DNA of 64,000 nucleotides from the human T2T-CHM13v2.0 reference genome, Homo sapiens, in NCBI RefSeq assembly GCF_009914755.1, contig NC_060946.1; one strand, written 5' to 3'. The stretch's first letter is position 1. Every line of letters starts with the position of its first letter. Shown here piece after piece: positions 12,583-41,099 of this stretch. A program made the translations under genes and the position numbers. The notes under the pieces were generated by a model. That model was not told where the DNA came from. It made no database searches and saw nothing but the letters and a program-made list of their open reading frames with translations.

Positions 12583-12921
12583 GATTTAAAGGACAGACTG
12601 ACTCTCTTATTACAAGCCAATGCTCATTTGCCGTTCCATAAATCCTAGGGCACCTCTTAAGAATTATGCTAAATCTACTCTACCCGTGCTCTATAAATGG
12701 ATTCACTATTGTAGATGCCACTAAGAACATTCATGATTCACCAGAGGAGGTAAAAATAGCAGCATTAATGGGAGTTTGGAAGAAGTTGATTCTAACCCTC
12801 ATAAATGACTTTGAGGGGTTCAAGACTTTAGCAGAGGAAGTAACCACAGATATGGTGAAGACAGCAAGAGAACTAGTATTAAAAGTGGAGCATGAAGATG
12901 TGAGTGAATTGCTGCAATCTT

Positions 12922-13223
<302 letters not shown>

Positions 13224-13760
13224 AGATTGCTGCAATCTTAACGGATGAGGAGTTGCTTATTATGAATGAGCAAAGAAAGTGGTTTCTTGGGATGGAATCT
13301 ACTCCTGGTGAAGATGCCGTGAACATTGTGGAAAGAACAACAAAGGACTTAGAATATGCCATGAACTTAGTTGATAGAGGAGTGGCAGGGTTTGAGAGGA
13401 TTGGTTCCAGTTTTGATATAAATTCTACTGTGGGTAAAATGCTACCAAACTGTACAGCATGCTACAGTGAAATCTTTTGTGAAAGCAAGAGTCAGTCAAC
13501 GCGGCAAACTTCATTGTCATGTTACTTTAAGAAATCGCCACACCCTCTCCAGCCCTCAGCAACCATTACCCTGATCAGTCAGTAGCTATCAACACTGAGA
13601 CAAGACCATCCACCAGCAAAATGATTATGACTTGCTGAAGGCCCAGATGATGGTTAGCATTTTTTGGCAATCAAGTATTTTCAAAGTAACGTACATACAT
13701 TATATTTTAAACATAATGCTATTGCACACTAATTGACTACAGTAGTTTAAACACAACTTT

Positions 13761-14030
13761 CTTTTTTGAGATGGAGTCTCACTCTGTTGCCCAGGTTGGA
13801 GTGCAGTGGTGTGATCTTGTCTCACTGCAAACTCTGCTTCCCAGGTTCAAACAATTCTCCTGCCTCAGCCTCTTGAGTAGCTAGGAATACAGGCGCTCAC
13901 CACCATTTTTGTATTTTCACAGGGTTTCCCCATGTTGGCCAGGCTGATCTCAAACTTCTGGCCTCTGGTGATCCACTCGCCTCGGCCTCCCAATGTGCTG
14001 GGATTACAGGCGTGAGCCACCATGCCCGGC
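13761..14030 (-). mobile_element. AluS inside Tigger1
   Basis: TSD AACA(C/T)AACTTT at 13750-13760 and 14031-14041. Confidence 0.92.
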
Positions 14031-14149
14031 AACATAACTTTTATATGCACCAGAAAGCAAAAAATTTCTTGTGACTTGCTCTATTGTGATATTCGCCTTA
14101 TTGTGGTGACCTAGAACCAAACCTGCAATATCTCCAAGGTGTGCCTGTA

Positions 14150-14580
14150 CCCCTGAAAGCAGAGCTGGAGTAAAGACTTGGGTGTGGATGGTTTATTTGG
14201 GAAGTGATTCCAAGAAGCAAGAGTGAGATGTGGGAAGAGTGAGCCAGGCAAGAAAAAAAAAGCCAAAATAATGAAATGCCATTGAGGCTGCTCCCATGGA
14301 CTTTTTTTATGCGGGACCTACCGAGAGGCTCTGGAAAGTTATCCAGGACTGTCCACCTGAAACGTGAGCCTCGAGCATTTGCCCACCTGTCCCACACGGG
14401 TTGAGGTCTTCCCCTGAGGCTGTTAACCTGCAAGTGTTTCTGGGCTGTATTTGTGCTTAGGCAAAATCCTACAATAGTGGAGATGTCCCGGGGCGGAAAG
14501 TGTAGCTTGAGTTTGCTGGCAGCACAAGGGAAGCCTGTGCTTCCATGGAACTCCCCACGGTGGCTGAGACTGAATGAAAG
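14150..14580. mobile_element. Old MaLR LTR (MLT1I/J/K-like)
   Basis: ggtttatttgggaagtgattccaagaagca motif typical of old MLT1 LTRs. Confidence 0.55.
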
Positions 14581-15595
14581 GTGCGCTGAGAAGACCTGAC
14601 GCAGTCGTCATTGCACGGAGGAATCGCAGCCATCGATCTTGGCAAGAGGACCCCCGCCCTGAATCCTGCGCTTGAGAGGGTGCCTCTCTGGCCCTCCACT
14701 GACTGTACCCCGGCCCACCCAGAGCTCTCACCCTCTGTTCTAGGGCACACGCTGGGCACTCAGGCCCCTGGCCAAATGTACCTGAGCCTGCATGGCCTCT
14801 TCCCTGGGTCCATTTCAAAGTGAAAACTGTGCTTGTTGAAATGGTGCCCAAGGCTCTGCTGTCTGAAGGGGTGAGAATTGTGGATGGAGCTTGTATGGGG
14901 CCTAGGGAGTCCCCCACACAGGGGTACGCAAGGCTTCTCAAGTAAGGACAGGGCTAGCTACGATGAAAGAAAAAAGTTTAGCCTGGGGCTGAAGATCAGC
15001 TCTCCCTTTGCTACCACATTCTCTGGCAGAGCACCAAGGAATCAGAGAATTCTACACTCGACTTCGACCTTGTGGGTTATTACGGTGGTATATTTATTGA
15101 AGTAGAAGAATAGAACATATTTAGCTATTTTTTAACTTCATTTATAATTCGTAATTATTTAGACATAATGCAAATATGGGCTGGAATTCATGTTCTGATT
15201 TTTGTGGCCTTGAGCTAAGGAAAAGGGACCCAGGGAAATGTGGCTTTATACGCTTAGATGACTTCATGGAATCCCCAACTTCATTAGCTTCTATGATGAC
15301 TCAACATTGTTACTAAAATTCACTTTGTATTATCTTTAAAAACCAAGGGATATTATGTAGCTCAGCGGTTAGAAGGCACTTGACTCAGAATATCTATGAA
15401 CCAAAGGATATAAATGACTAAGAGCAGGAGGATCATTACCTGAAGGGGTGGAGGGTTGATCTCAGGATATGACCTGTGAGATCCTTCCTGCTGGCTCAGT
15501 GCTGACTGAACGTGGGGCAGGAGAGTCCCAGGAGCAACACATATCTGGGATAGGAGGGAATGTGGGGAGGAAGGAAAGAGAAATAGGCCCTTTTT

Positions 15596-15898
15596 GTTTT
15601 TATTGATACAATTATAATTATTTCTAGGGTACATGTGATATTTTGATACATGCATACAATGTGTAGTGATCAAATCAGGATAATTTGCATATCCATCACC
15701 TCAACCATTTATCATTTATTTGTGTTGAGAACATTCCACATCTTTCCTCTAGTCATTTTGAAATATATGTTATTGTTAATGATCGTCACCCTACTGTGCT
15801 ATTGAACACTAGAAATTCTTCTGTTCATTCCATCTAACTGTATTTTTGTGCCCATTAACCAACTTCTGGGATGGGTAAAAGAGTGAGTGGATGAAAAG
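15596..15898 (-). mobile_element. Short L1MA 3' end with micro-inversion and TSD
   Basis: L1MA 3' UTR on minus. TSD GGCCCTTTTT at 15586-15595 and 15899-15908. Confidence 0.8.
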
Positions 15899-16154
15899 GG
15901 CCCTTTTTAAGGAAAAGTAAATTTTACGAGAAGGGAAGACATTTTAGGAGGAAAAATAAAATGGTGGACCATGGGCTTAGTGTGGGGACTGCAGAAATCG
16001 AATGGCAAAGAGAAAAAACCAACTTAGCGATGTGAAAATACATCTCAATGTCATTCCTTTCACAGGTCCAATGTCTGATATTCTTTTGGGAAGCTGGATA
16101 GGAGGTAGGAATCTTCCTTTGAGTCATATATTTTTATGATTATGATTGTTATTG

Positions 16155-16400
16155 AACGATAGCTGACAATTATTGAGAGCAATTATTGAGGACAATTATT
16201 GAGCTTTGACAAGCTCTTTTCAAAGGCCTTTACATATATTTTCTCCATTTCTAACTGTTAGATATTCTTATTATTCCCATTTTGTAGATGAGGGATGCAC
16301 AGGCATAAATCCTATGTGGAGGCAGAGAGCAGCTAAGTAACCTGACCATGGCCCAACAGCAAACAAATGATGGGGCCACATGCAAATCCAGGCAGAACCC
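16155..16400. mobile_element. MIR remnant
   Basis: MIR core attattcccattttgtagatgagg. Confidence 0.7.
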
Positions 16401-16479
16401 TTCTATTATATGAAGCTCAATGTTTTCTTGTTTCCATCTTGTTATGAAAACACCTATTTGCAAAGGGGTTTTGAAGCTA

Positions 16480-16837
<358 letters not shown>

Positions 16838-17544
16838 TCATACATATTTTGATGTCTAATAAGATTTATTCTTAGTGCATTTTTTAAGTTAAAGTATTTA
16901 CTGAGCATCTATTGTATATCATGAGCTGAGATAGGCATCAGCGGTGCAGGGAACATATGGCACAGTCTCTGCCCTCAAGTAAATTTCACTCACCACACAT
17001 ATTTATTAGGACTGATACATGTGTGAATATAAGATAGTATGATAGGCATTGCAACAAATAATTATTTACTGTAAACCTATTTTATAAGATTTTAAACTTA
17101 AAGTACTTTCATGCTATTTCCAAAAAAAGTATTGCATAACTTTAAATGGATTCTCAGTTTGAAATCATCATACAAACTGCAGTAGCATCTGCTGGTGAAA
17201 TACTGCTTTGTATCTATTAGAATAGTCCAAACAACTGGGAGAGAACTGCATTATTAGAGCTGTAAAAGTTATCGTCTAGAAATCTCAGTAAAGAAGAGGA
17301 AGTTCTATGGTAGATGAATAAGATGACACCTAAACTGTTGTCTTAAGCTACTGAAGTTCTGTGGATATCTCACAGCACAAAGTTCAAGTGTATGCCCACA
17401 ACTCCTCATGCCACAAGATGTGACACCTTTCCAAACTCTTTTTGCAAAAGTTTCCAGTTATGTCTCTTATTAGAGTACTTTTTATACCCACGTATTCCAG
17501 ATTTTGTAGTGCACGCAAAGAAAAGTTGGGAAGGGGCTTCCATT

Positions 17545-17755
17545 TGTTGATGCCAGCTACTCGTTCTATGGACCAGGCCCTTGCCCATGCATCAGGGTTG
17601 GTTCTTTTGTCCCCACATCAGCCATAGCCCATAGGCATTAACCTCCATTGTACAGACGAGGAAATTGAAACTCTAAGAGAATATGCAATCAACCCAGAGT
17701 CAGGCAGCTTGTGTATGTAAGGGTTGGAATGAAAATCCGTGTGAGTCCCAAGTCC
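17545..17755. mobile_element. MIR remnant
   Basis: ctccattgtacagacgaggaaattgaaactc core. Confidence 0.65.
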
Positions 17756-18409
17756 CCTTCTACCATATGGTTTCCATTTCATTTTGCAATCACCTTGGCT
17801 GGGATATGTCTGCCCTAAAAGATAGTAAGTAGGAATACTTGTCTCTATACCTTAACCTAACATCCATGGGCTTGCTTTTTGTATTTGGAGGTGCCATAAT
17901 ATTATAATGATAATTTGATTTTATTTGAACAGTGAATATTATACTACTCAGTCTAGACATTTATGACATCCCAGTCTAAACTGGATGATAGCAATGAAGC
18001 TTCTTCAAGGAGACAAGTATGAGTAATAAGGTAGAAATAAGTTGAATTTCTATGGAGTTGCTACTTCTGAATTTAAAACTAGTTGAGGTTAAGTAGACAT
18101 TCAAAAAGATCGCTATAATCTTCACTTGAATAATATAAACATTTCTTATTTTTTATATATTTATTTATGGAACATAGATGTAATTTTAAAACAGAATTTT
18201 TGCAAACTGTATTAAAATATATTAAAAACATAATACATTATGACCCAATAGAGTTTTTCAAAGTAACTCAGTGTTAGTTTAAAATGTGAAATTCAATCAG
18301 TATAATTCACCATAGAATACAGTGTGTATGTCAGTATAATATATATCAAAATTGGAAAGAAGTAACTTTATCCTTGTTTTTTAATAAGATGAAATTACAA
18401 TCTTAAGGA

Positions 18410-19680
18410 TTTTCAACTTTCATTTTAGATTCTGGAGGGTACTTGTGCAGGTTTATTACATGGGTATATTGCGTGATGCTGAGATTTGGGGTATGAATGA
18501 AGGTGTGAGTGCCTGTCTTGAACTTGCACCCAGAGCAACCTCCCCTCATCAGCAGAGGGTAAACTAACTTGAATTACACTTGAATTTTTTAGGAGAGCAG
18601 GTCACAAAGGGCAAATTGTGGTCCAGAGACAAAAGTGCTCGATGGTCTAAAATGAGCCTGCCATATCACTGAGGGTACAGGTCTTCACACAAATATATTT
18701 CAGAAAGGGGTCAAACCCTTGTTTAAAGATAAATGTAAGCTGGGTGTGGAGGCACACGTCTATAATTCCAGCTACTCAGGAGGCTGAGGCAGGTGGATCC
18801 CTTGAGTTCAGGAGTTTTAGACCAGTCTGGACAACATAGGAAGATCCCATTTCAATTTTTAAAAATCAGAAAAAAAATAGATAAACTTAAGCATATTAAA
18901 ATTTAAAAGAGTTTATTTGAGCAAACAGAGATTCATGGATCAGGCAGCTCCAAACTGAAAGTGGCTGGAGGATCTACTGGAGGTGTTTGTAGGGAAGGCT
19001 TTCATAGGGTGAATACAGAAGTAGAGTAGAGAAATTATTTGATTGGCAAAAAATTGGGCAGTTGCATTATTTGAACTATCCTGGTGGTAGGTCTCTCATT
19101 ACACAGCTAACACTCAGCAGGCCACTTTTTGATGGGCTAAGCTTTTTACGGGTTGTTGACGGGTTCCTTTTGTCTATGTAGGAACCCAGGCCATGGGAGC
19201 TATCTCAGCCTAATGCTCTCCCATTAAGTTATTTTACACCTTCTCTCTGTATCAGGGTAAGCAGGGGTCTTCCCCACGAGGGTTCTTACCACCCTGTTTC
19301 CCTCAGCAAAATGAAACTGTCCCTTTTGCCTCTGTAGGCAATCTTCTGAACAAGGCTTTCCTAATATTCTTATGTCATCTTATTTTAACTTATCCTCTTC
19401 TCTGTACCTTGTTTACATGCTTCTGGAACACTTGTGTGTCTTGCACCCATCCCCTGCATTATTTAGTCAATCCTAAAAGAAGACCTCTAGGATGGATTGG
19501 TAGAGAACTGCTGGCATATTGAGCCCTCTCTCTTTGTATCTGGAACTTTCATAATTACCTTAGTTCTCCATGCCAATTTTGCAATTATCTTTGTTCTCCA
19601 CTTCAAAATACATTTATCTCTAACAGAAGCTAAGTACATAAAACGGACCTTGTCCAGTGGTACTTATGAGGCAGGAGATG
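18410..19680. mobile_element. Mixed block: short L1P 3' fragment (-), ERV1-type LTR fragments, FLAM (+) at 18738-18878
   Basis: tacttgtgcaggtttattacatgggtatattgcgtgatgctgag (L1). gagtttatttgagcaaacag (MER4-group-like LTR). Alu monomer. Confidence 0.55.
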
Positions 19681-19699
19681 TGATATATTTAAAATTATA

Positions 19700-26829
<7,130 letters not shown>

Positions 26830-26835
26830 AAAATG

Positions 26836-28775
26836 TTGATACCTAGTTATCCAGCTTCAGCTTACAAGGTTTGGGGAAAATTGGGCAGTTTTAGTTTTCA
26901 GTGATGCTAAACCATGAAAAGGGGGACACAATGTTGAAATTTTAGTTTACAGAGTTGTAGCTATATATTGAATAAAACAAGAACTGAAAAATGTAGACTA
27001 ATAAAATTTGTAAAACATCTCACGTGGGTGTCCTCTAATTTTCCATTGAAACAAAATTCTCTCTGTGGTACTTCTCTTTACTCTTGTTCAGAAAATCAGT
27101 CTGGCCTTACTAGTTTTGGCATTATTTACCTGAGTGCAATAAGAATGGTCACTGACCACAAACACCTTTCTTTATTTCTTCATTTATTCATTATACACTT
27201 TTTAAATGAAAGACAGTGTCTGGCTCACTGCATTCTCAACCTCCTGGGCTCAAGTGGTCCTCCCACCTCAGCCTCCTGAGTAACTGAGACCATAGGAGCA
27301 CACCATCATGGCTGGTTAATTTTGTGTTTTGTTTTGTTTGTTTGTTTGTATCTGGATATGGGGTTGCACCATGTTTTCTAGGCTAGTCGTGAATTCCTGG
27401 GCTCAAGTGCCTCTCCCACCTCAGCCTGTGAGAGTGCTGCGATTACAGGTGTGACCCACCTTCCTGGCCACAGAGGCCTTTCCAGTTTCATTTTTGAAAA
27501 TTTCTGTAACTAGTCTCAGATTATATTTTTTGAAGCCTTGGGACTAGAAGCCAAGCCAGGAACTTGCCACCGACTTCCCTATCAGAACCTGTAGATTTGG
27601 TTGAATTCCACTCCTCTCAAAGTCTTCAAATATGGTGAGGTTCCAGAGCTTGCCCAGAAGTGACCTTTCTTATCTTGTAGGCTAGGAACTCTGTAACCAA
27701 TTACCAGGTTGGTTTTTCCATGAAGGCTTTATAAGTATTGCCCCCACGGTCAACTTTAGTTCTTAATGCTACCTGGTTATATCTGATTCTATGGAAATCA
27801 TTCTTAAACATATTTGATATTTCAGACAAGACTTGGTTATAAAACCACTTTCCACTTATGTTCTATGCAAATGCATTTTTACTAAACTGCAGAAATTTCT
27901 CTATTGTCATAAAAATCTTTATAAAATCTTAAATGTCCAGTGAGTATATCACAGCTCAATTACTACATTAGGAAATCCAATAAGTATACAAATCAAGTGT
28001 ATTCCCTTTTTTCGTGTTTTTTGTTTGTTTGTTTGTTTGTTTGTTTGTTTTTTCTGACAGAGTCACCCTCTGTCATCCAGGCTGGATTGCAGTGGTGTGA
28101 GCTCAGCTCACTGCAGCCTCTGCCACCTGGGATCAAAAAATTGTCCTGCCTCAACCACCTGTGTAGCTAGGATTACAGGTGTGCACCACATTTCCTGGTT
28201 GACTTTTGTATTTCTAGTAAGGATGGCATTTCAACATCTTGGCCATGCTGGTCTGGTCTCCTGACTTCAGATGATCCACCTGCCTTGGTTTCCCAAAGTG
28301 CAGGGATTACAGGCGTTAGCCACCATGCCTGGCCCGCAAATGTATTCTTGCAGTTAATAATAACAATAACTTGTAATCTGTGGCTGTGTGCAATAAACTA
28401 TTTTAAACTAATCTCATTTACTAAACATTTTCATGAGTCATGTGAACTTGATTGTCTATTTCTAGGATTTTTAGGAGTATGTAATTCACAATAATGCTCA
28501 TTTATCTCTTAGCCAATTTGGATAGCACCCTTTTAAGTGATATTAAAAATTAACTTGGTACTAACATCCAGAGGTAGAAATATATCACACACAGTTCATC
28601 TATATGCTAAAAATATAGATAAAGGCAAGCAGATTTTATAGCCCTGACAAAATTTACCCATGAATAAAGCAATAGAGTAATATAAAACTCACTGGCTTAT
28701 ATCCATTTTATATTTTATCTAAATTGTGCTTCTAGCAAATGAGACAAGATTACCGATTCTATAGGAGACCTAATA
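26836..28775. mobile_element. ERV1 internal-like fragments interrupted by diverged Alus (27180-27470 -, 28015-28335 -)
   Basis: Resembles MER4-group internal sequence. The Alu dimers are clear. Confidence 0.5.
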
Positions 28776-28776
28776 C

Positions 28777-28950
28777 CTAGCTGGAATTACAGGTGTGCAC
28801 CACTATGCCAAGCTAAATTTTTGTATTCTTAGCAGAGACAGGGTTTCAGCATGTTGTCCAGGCTGGTCTTGAACTCCCGACTGCAAGTGATCCACCCACC
28901 TCAACCTCCCAAAGTGCTGGGATTACAGGCGTGAGCCACCATACCTAGCC
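28777..28950 (-). mobile_element. Partial Alu
   Basis: Left arm plus linker and part of right arm. Confidence 0.85.
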
Positions 28951-28979
28951 CTAATAACCTGTTTTAGAGCTCACTCTAA

Positions 28980-33290
<4,311 letters not shown>

Positions 33291-33292
33291 GG

Positions 33293-35173
<1,881 letters not shown>

Positions 35174-35574
35174 TAATGATACAGGGAGATAATAAATAAG
35201 TAAATAAGTGTTTTACGAAGCTGTAAAATCTAAAGTAAAGGTAAAGATGGTCATAGATAGGAGCAGGAAAAATTACACAAATCCACATGAGCTTAATTTT
35301 TGGTGGTGATTTCTCATCAGAAAAAAAAACATAAAAGAAAGTATGAATAAGAAAATTGTCCACATTGCTTTGGTAGAAAAAAGTAGGAGGAAAAACAAAA
35401 ACAACAAAATAATGAGAATTATACAATATTAAGCTTTAGTGTTCTTCATTTATCATGGTGATTGTTTCCCCAAGAAATAACAGAAGCAAAATAGTCAAAA
35501 TAGAAGGACACATAGGCATATATTACTGTCTACGTATATCAAGCCAAGTTTAATTTTAATTCATTCTTTCAGAA

Positions 35575-37381
35575 ATTTTATTTTAAATTAACAATTGTAA
35601 AGATTTATGGGACACAAAGTGATTTTATAATACATGTATACAATGCAAAATAAGTTGGGCTAGTTAACATATACATCACCTCACACACTTATCATTTCGT
35701 TGTGGTGAGAATATTTAAACTCTACTTTTCCAACTTTTTTTTTCAGATGGAGTTTCGCTTTTGTCGCCCAGGCTGGAGTGCAGTGGCACAAGCTTGGCTC
35801 ACTGCAACCTCCACTGTCCGGGTTCAAGTGATTCTTCTGCCTCAGCTTCCTGAGTAGCTGTGACTATAGGTGTGTGCCACCAAACCTGGCTAGTTCTTGT
35901 ATTTTCCGTAGAGACGGTGTTTCACCATGCTGGCCAGGCTGGTCTTGAACCCCTGACCTCTAGTGATCTGCCTGCCATGGCTGCCCAAAGTCCTGGGATT
36001 ACAGGCATGAGGCACCATGCCTGCCTTTTTCAGCAATTTTGAAGTGTACATTTTTTAACTGTGATCACCATTCTGTGCAACAGATCACCAGAACTACTTC
36101 CGGCCTCACAGAAATTTTTTACCCTTTGACAAATGTCATCCCTTCCGTATGTATTCCTATCACTACCCCACACTCCAATCTCTGACTACTTTCTGTGTAT
36201 TTGTATAAAGAGTCACGATCTTGCTGTGTTGCCCAGGCTGGAGTGAAGCGGCACAACTATGGCTCACTGTGGCCTCAAACACCTGAACTCAAGTGATCCA
36301 ACCGCCTCATCCTCCCAAAGTGCTGGAGATAACAGACATGAGTCACCACACTTAGCATATTCACTATTTTTATGAGTTCAACGTTTTTAGATTTTACATG
36401 TAATTGTGACCATGCTATATTTGTTTTTCTGTGCCTGTCTTATTTCACTGAGCATGTTTTCCAATTCCATTCATTTTATCATAAATAAATAGCAGCACTT
36501 TCTCTTTTTTTAAGGCTGTATAGTATATTCCATTGTGTATATGTGCCACGCTTTATCTGCTGATCTGTTGATGAGCACTTGGGTTGTTTCCTTATCTTGG
36601 CTATTGTGAATAATGCTGACATGAATATAGGTATGCAAATATCTCTCTGAAATACGAATTTATATCATTTGAGTACATATTCAGAAGTAGAGTAGCTGGA
36701 CCATGTTGTAATTCTATTTTTAATTTAATTTTTGAAACCTCAGTTCTATCACCCCAGAAGCACAGGCTACAAAAGCACAAGAAAAACAGCAATTGGATTG
36801 CATCACATCAAACTAGAAAGTTTCTGCACAGCAAAGGAAACAATTAGCAGAGAGGGTGAAGGGACAACCCCTACACTGGGAGAAAATGTCTGCAAATCAT
36901 ATATATGATAAATGGTGAATAATAAATACATACAAGAAACTCACACCACTTAACAACAACAAATCAAGTAAGCCTATTAAAAATGGGCAAAGGACCTGAA
37001 TTTACATTTCTCAAAAAAAGACAAAAATGGTCAAGTCTATGTTTAACTATGTTTAATTTTATTTATTCATTTATTTTATTTATTTATTTATTTATTTTGA
37101 GATGGAGCCTCACTCTGTCACCCACGCTGGAGTGCAGTGGCGCGATCTCACCTCCCCACAACCTGCGCCTCCCAGGTTCCAGCGATTCTCCTGCCTCAGC
37201 CTCCTGAGTAGCTGGGACTATAGATGCATGCCAACACGCCCAGCTAATTTTTATTGTATTTTTAGTAGAGACGGGGTTTCTTCATGTTAGTGAGGATGGT
37301 CTCCATCTCCTGACCTCATGACCTGCCCATCTTGGCCTTCCAAAGTGCTGGGATTACAGGCGTGAGCCATCAAGCCCGGCC

Positions 37382-37412
<31 letters not shown>

Positions 37413-37762
37413 TTTTTTTGGAGACAGAGTCTCACTTTGTCACCCAGGCTGGAGTGCAGTGGTGCGATCTTGGCTCACTGAAACCTCCATCACCTAGGTT
37501 CAAGCAATTCTCCTGCCTCAGCCTCCCTAGTAGCTGGAATTACAGGTGTGTGCTACTGTGCCTGGCCAATTTTTGAACAACTGTATATTTAATGATGCTT
37601 CACCACCAATCATCAGGGAAATGGTAATTAAAACCAACAATGGACCTTCTCTCAAAATGTTAGAACAGCTATTATCATGAAGATGAAAGATGACAAGTGT
37701 TATTGAGAATGTAGAGCAAAGAGAATCCTTGTGCACTGTTGGTAGGAATGTAAATTCGTATT
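35575..37762. mobile_element. L1MA insertion with 5' inversion: minus part 35575-36740, plus part 36741-37762, with four inserted Alu pieces
   Basis: Orientation switches at ~36740 and the two parts are nearly contiguous in L1 coordinates. Alus at 35733-36025, 36200-36356, 37052-37381 and 37382-37572, all minus. Confidence 0.75.
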
Positions 37763-38093
37763 TCAAATTATTAACATGATTATTTATTTTTAATTGAAAA
37801 GTTTTTGTGCCTTGAGATGCATTAATATGAGTTGCTTTCTGTTAGTCAAAGTTCAATGAGAAATGCCTTAGTTACCCTAAATTAAGATAAATAGGAGCAG
37901 TCTCATAAGACTTGCCTTTCAGATTCTCCTTAAGTACAGAATAAAACCTGTGGTAAATACTCTTTCTGAAGAAAACATGTTCACTGATAATGTATACGCT
38001 ACAAAAACTTGTTAAAGGCATTCCAAAAACGTACTAGGTGAAAAATGCATTACGGTTATTTTTCCTGCTCAGTTTTTGGATCCAGATGGATTT

Positions 38094-38187
38094 TTTATTT
38101 TGTTTTATTTAATGAATTGTATAATTATAGTTAAGAAAACAAAAATTACTAAGGCACGTTCACAGGAGAACATAAATGAATTTTATT
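38094..38187 (-). terminator. XKR3: XKR3 polyadenylation signals (three AATAAA)
   Basis: TTTATT on + at 38182-38187, 38104-38109 and 38094-38099. The first is ~110 nt after the stop codon. Confidence 0.75.
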
Positions 38188-38297
38188 AGAAACCACTTCC
38201 AAGATTTTGCTGTGTATATTTTTTAAATTTAAGAGCCTCTTAACAAGTCACATTCAGCATCTTTACTCATTGTTCTGTGAAAGTATATATGTATATT

Positions 38298-39182
<885 letters not shown>

Positions 39183-39686
39183 TCACCCACCTCCTTTAGA
39201 AAATCATTTACTTATAAAAAGAAAGGTTTGTTAATCTTCCATTTTCAGGGATACAGTAAGTATAGGCATGCAAAACATATATTACACCTTGGAAAAACAA
39301 ATAATAAGCAAATACATACATATCTACATTTATACATGTATATACACATTCCCTCAAAGAGAAGACTGGCACAGATAAAATGGAAGAGACACATTCAGAT
39401 CTGATGCTATAAGGTGTGACAGCACATATAAAGCAGTCTCAATTAAAAAAAAATACCTGAATTAGACACTGAAAAGACAGTTCCATTCTTTATAGAAAGT
39501 TAAGAGTGTTAACTAGGAAGTTAGCATGTGAAATAGGAGACTAATGTAATATAGACTGTGTTTTAGACTATGGTGGTAACAGAAAAGAAGAAATAAGCTG
39601 TGGAGTTAAAGTAAATCCTGGAAGTGGAGCTGACAGATTCTGCTGAGTGATGGAATACAAGGTACTAGAGAAGCAGAAAAAAATAA

Positions 39687-40093
<407 letters not shown>

Positions 40094-40261
40094 TTAATTT
40101 CAACATTGTTCTCTCAACAATTAGACAAATAAGCACATGGAAGAAAACCAAAATTATGAAGTAGTTGAATAATTGGTTTAAGCACTTTTGTACTACATTC
40201 AGTTGAAAGAGAAAAAATTCATTTTACATATACATGCAGGTTAAAAAAAAATACACTCTTC

Positions 40262-40550
40262 AGCTGGGCATAGTGGCTCACACCTGTAATCCCAGCACTT
40301 TGGGATGCTGAGGTGGGTGTATCAAGAGGTCAGGAGATCAAGACCATTCTGGGTGACACAGTGAAACCCCATCTCTACTGAAAATCCAAAAAATTAGCCG
40401 GGCAGAGACCCAGCTACTCGAGAGGCTGAGGCAGGGCAATTACTTGAACCCAGGAGGCAGAGGTTGCAGTGAACCAGGATAGCGCCACTGGACTCCAGCC
40501 TGGGCGACAGAGCGAGACTCCATCTCAAAAAACAAACAAACAAATAAACA
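40262..40550 (+). mobile_element. AluS-type with internal deletion
   Basis: Flanked by ACACTCTTCA repeats. Confidence 0.88.
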
Positions 40551-40808
40551 CTAACAAAAAACACTCTTCATACACAATGAACTTAAGCCAGAAAACAAAA
40601 AAAGGCCAAATAGCAAAATAGTCATTCCTCGTCTAAATTTATTATTCACTTTCTAACACCATTTAGAAAATGAATATTAACACTCCATTTATTCCTTAAG
40701 GAATACTCAAAGTGAAACTCTAAAACATTAGCATTGTAACTGCATTTATGAGAAATGAGACTGAATATAATAAATGACCTAAAAATTAAATGTTTGAAAG
40801 TAAAATTT

Positions 40809-40928
40809 GGCCAGGTATGGTGACTCATACCTGTAATCCTACCTTTAGGAGGCTGAGGTGAATGGATCACTAGAGCCCAGGAGTTCAAGATCAACCTGGG
40901 CAACATGGTGAAAACCTGTATCTACAAA

Positions 40929-40969
<41 letters not shown>

Positions 40970-41056
40970 TACACAAATTTAGCCAGGCATGGTGGCACAT
41001 GCCTGTAGTCCCAGCTATTCAGGAGGCTGCAGTGGGAGGATTGCTTGAGCCCAGGA
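40809..41056 (+). mobile_element. 3'-truncated AluJ with a microsatellite in the linker
   Basis: Alu left arm, (CG)3(CA)16, partial right arm. Confidence 0.85.
40930..40967. repeat. (CG)3(CA)16 microsatellite
   Basis: Read directly. Confidence 0.95.
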
Positions 41057-41099
41057 AGAAAACATAGGACTTTCACTTGGGTCTTTATTTTTCTGTGCC

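Noticed and set aside
14098-14941. 172-aa and 111-aa minus-strand ORFs
   Set aside because: No recognisable domain, partly within an old LTR, no supporting exon structure.
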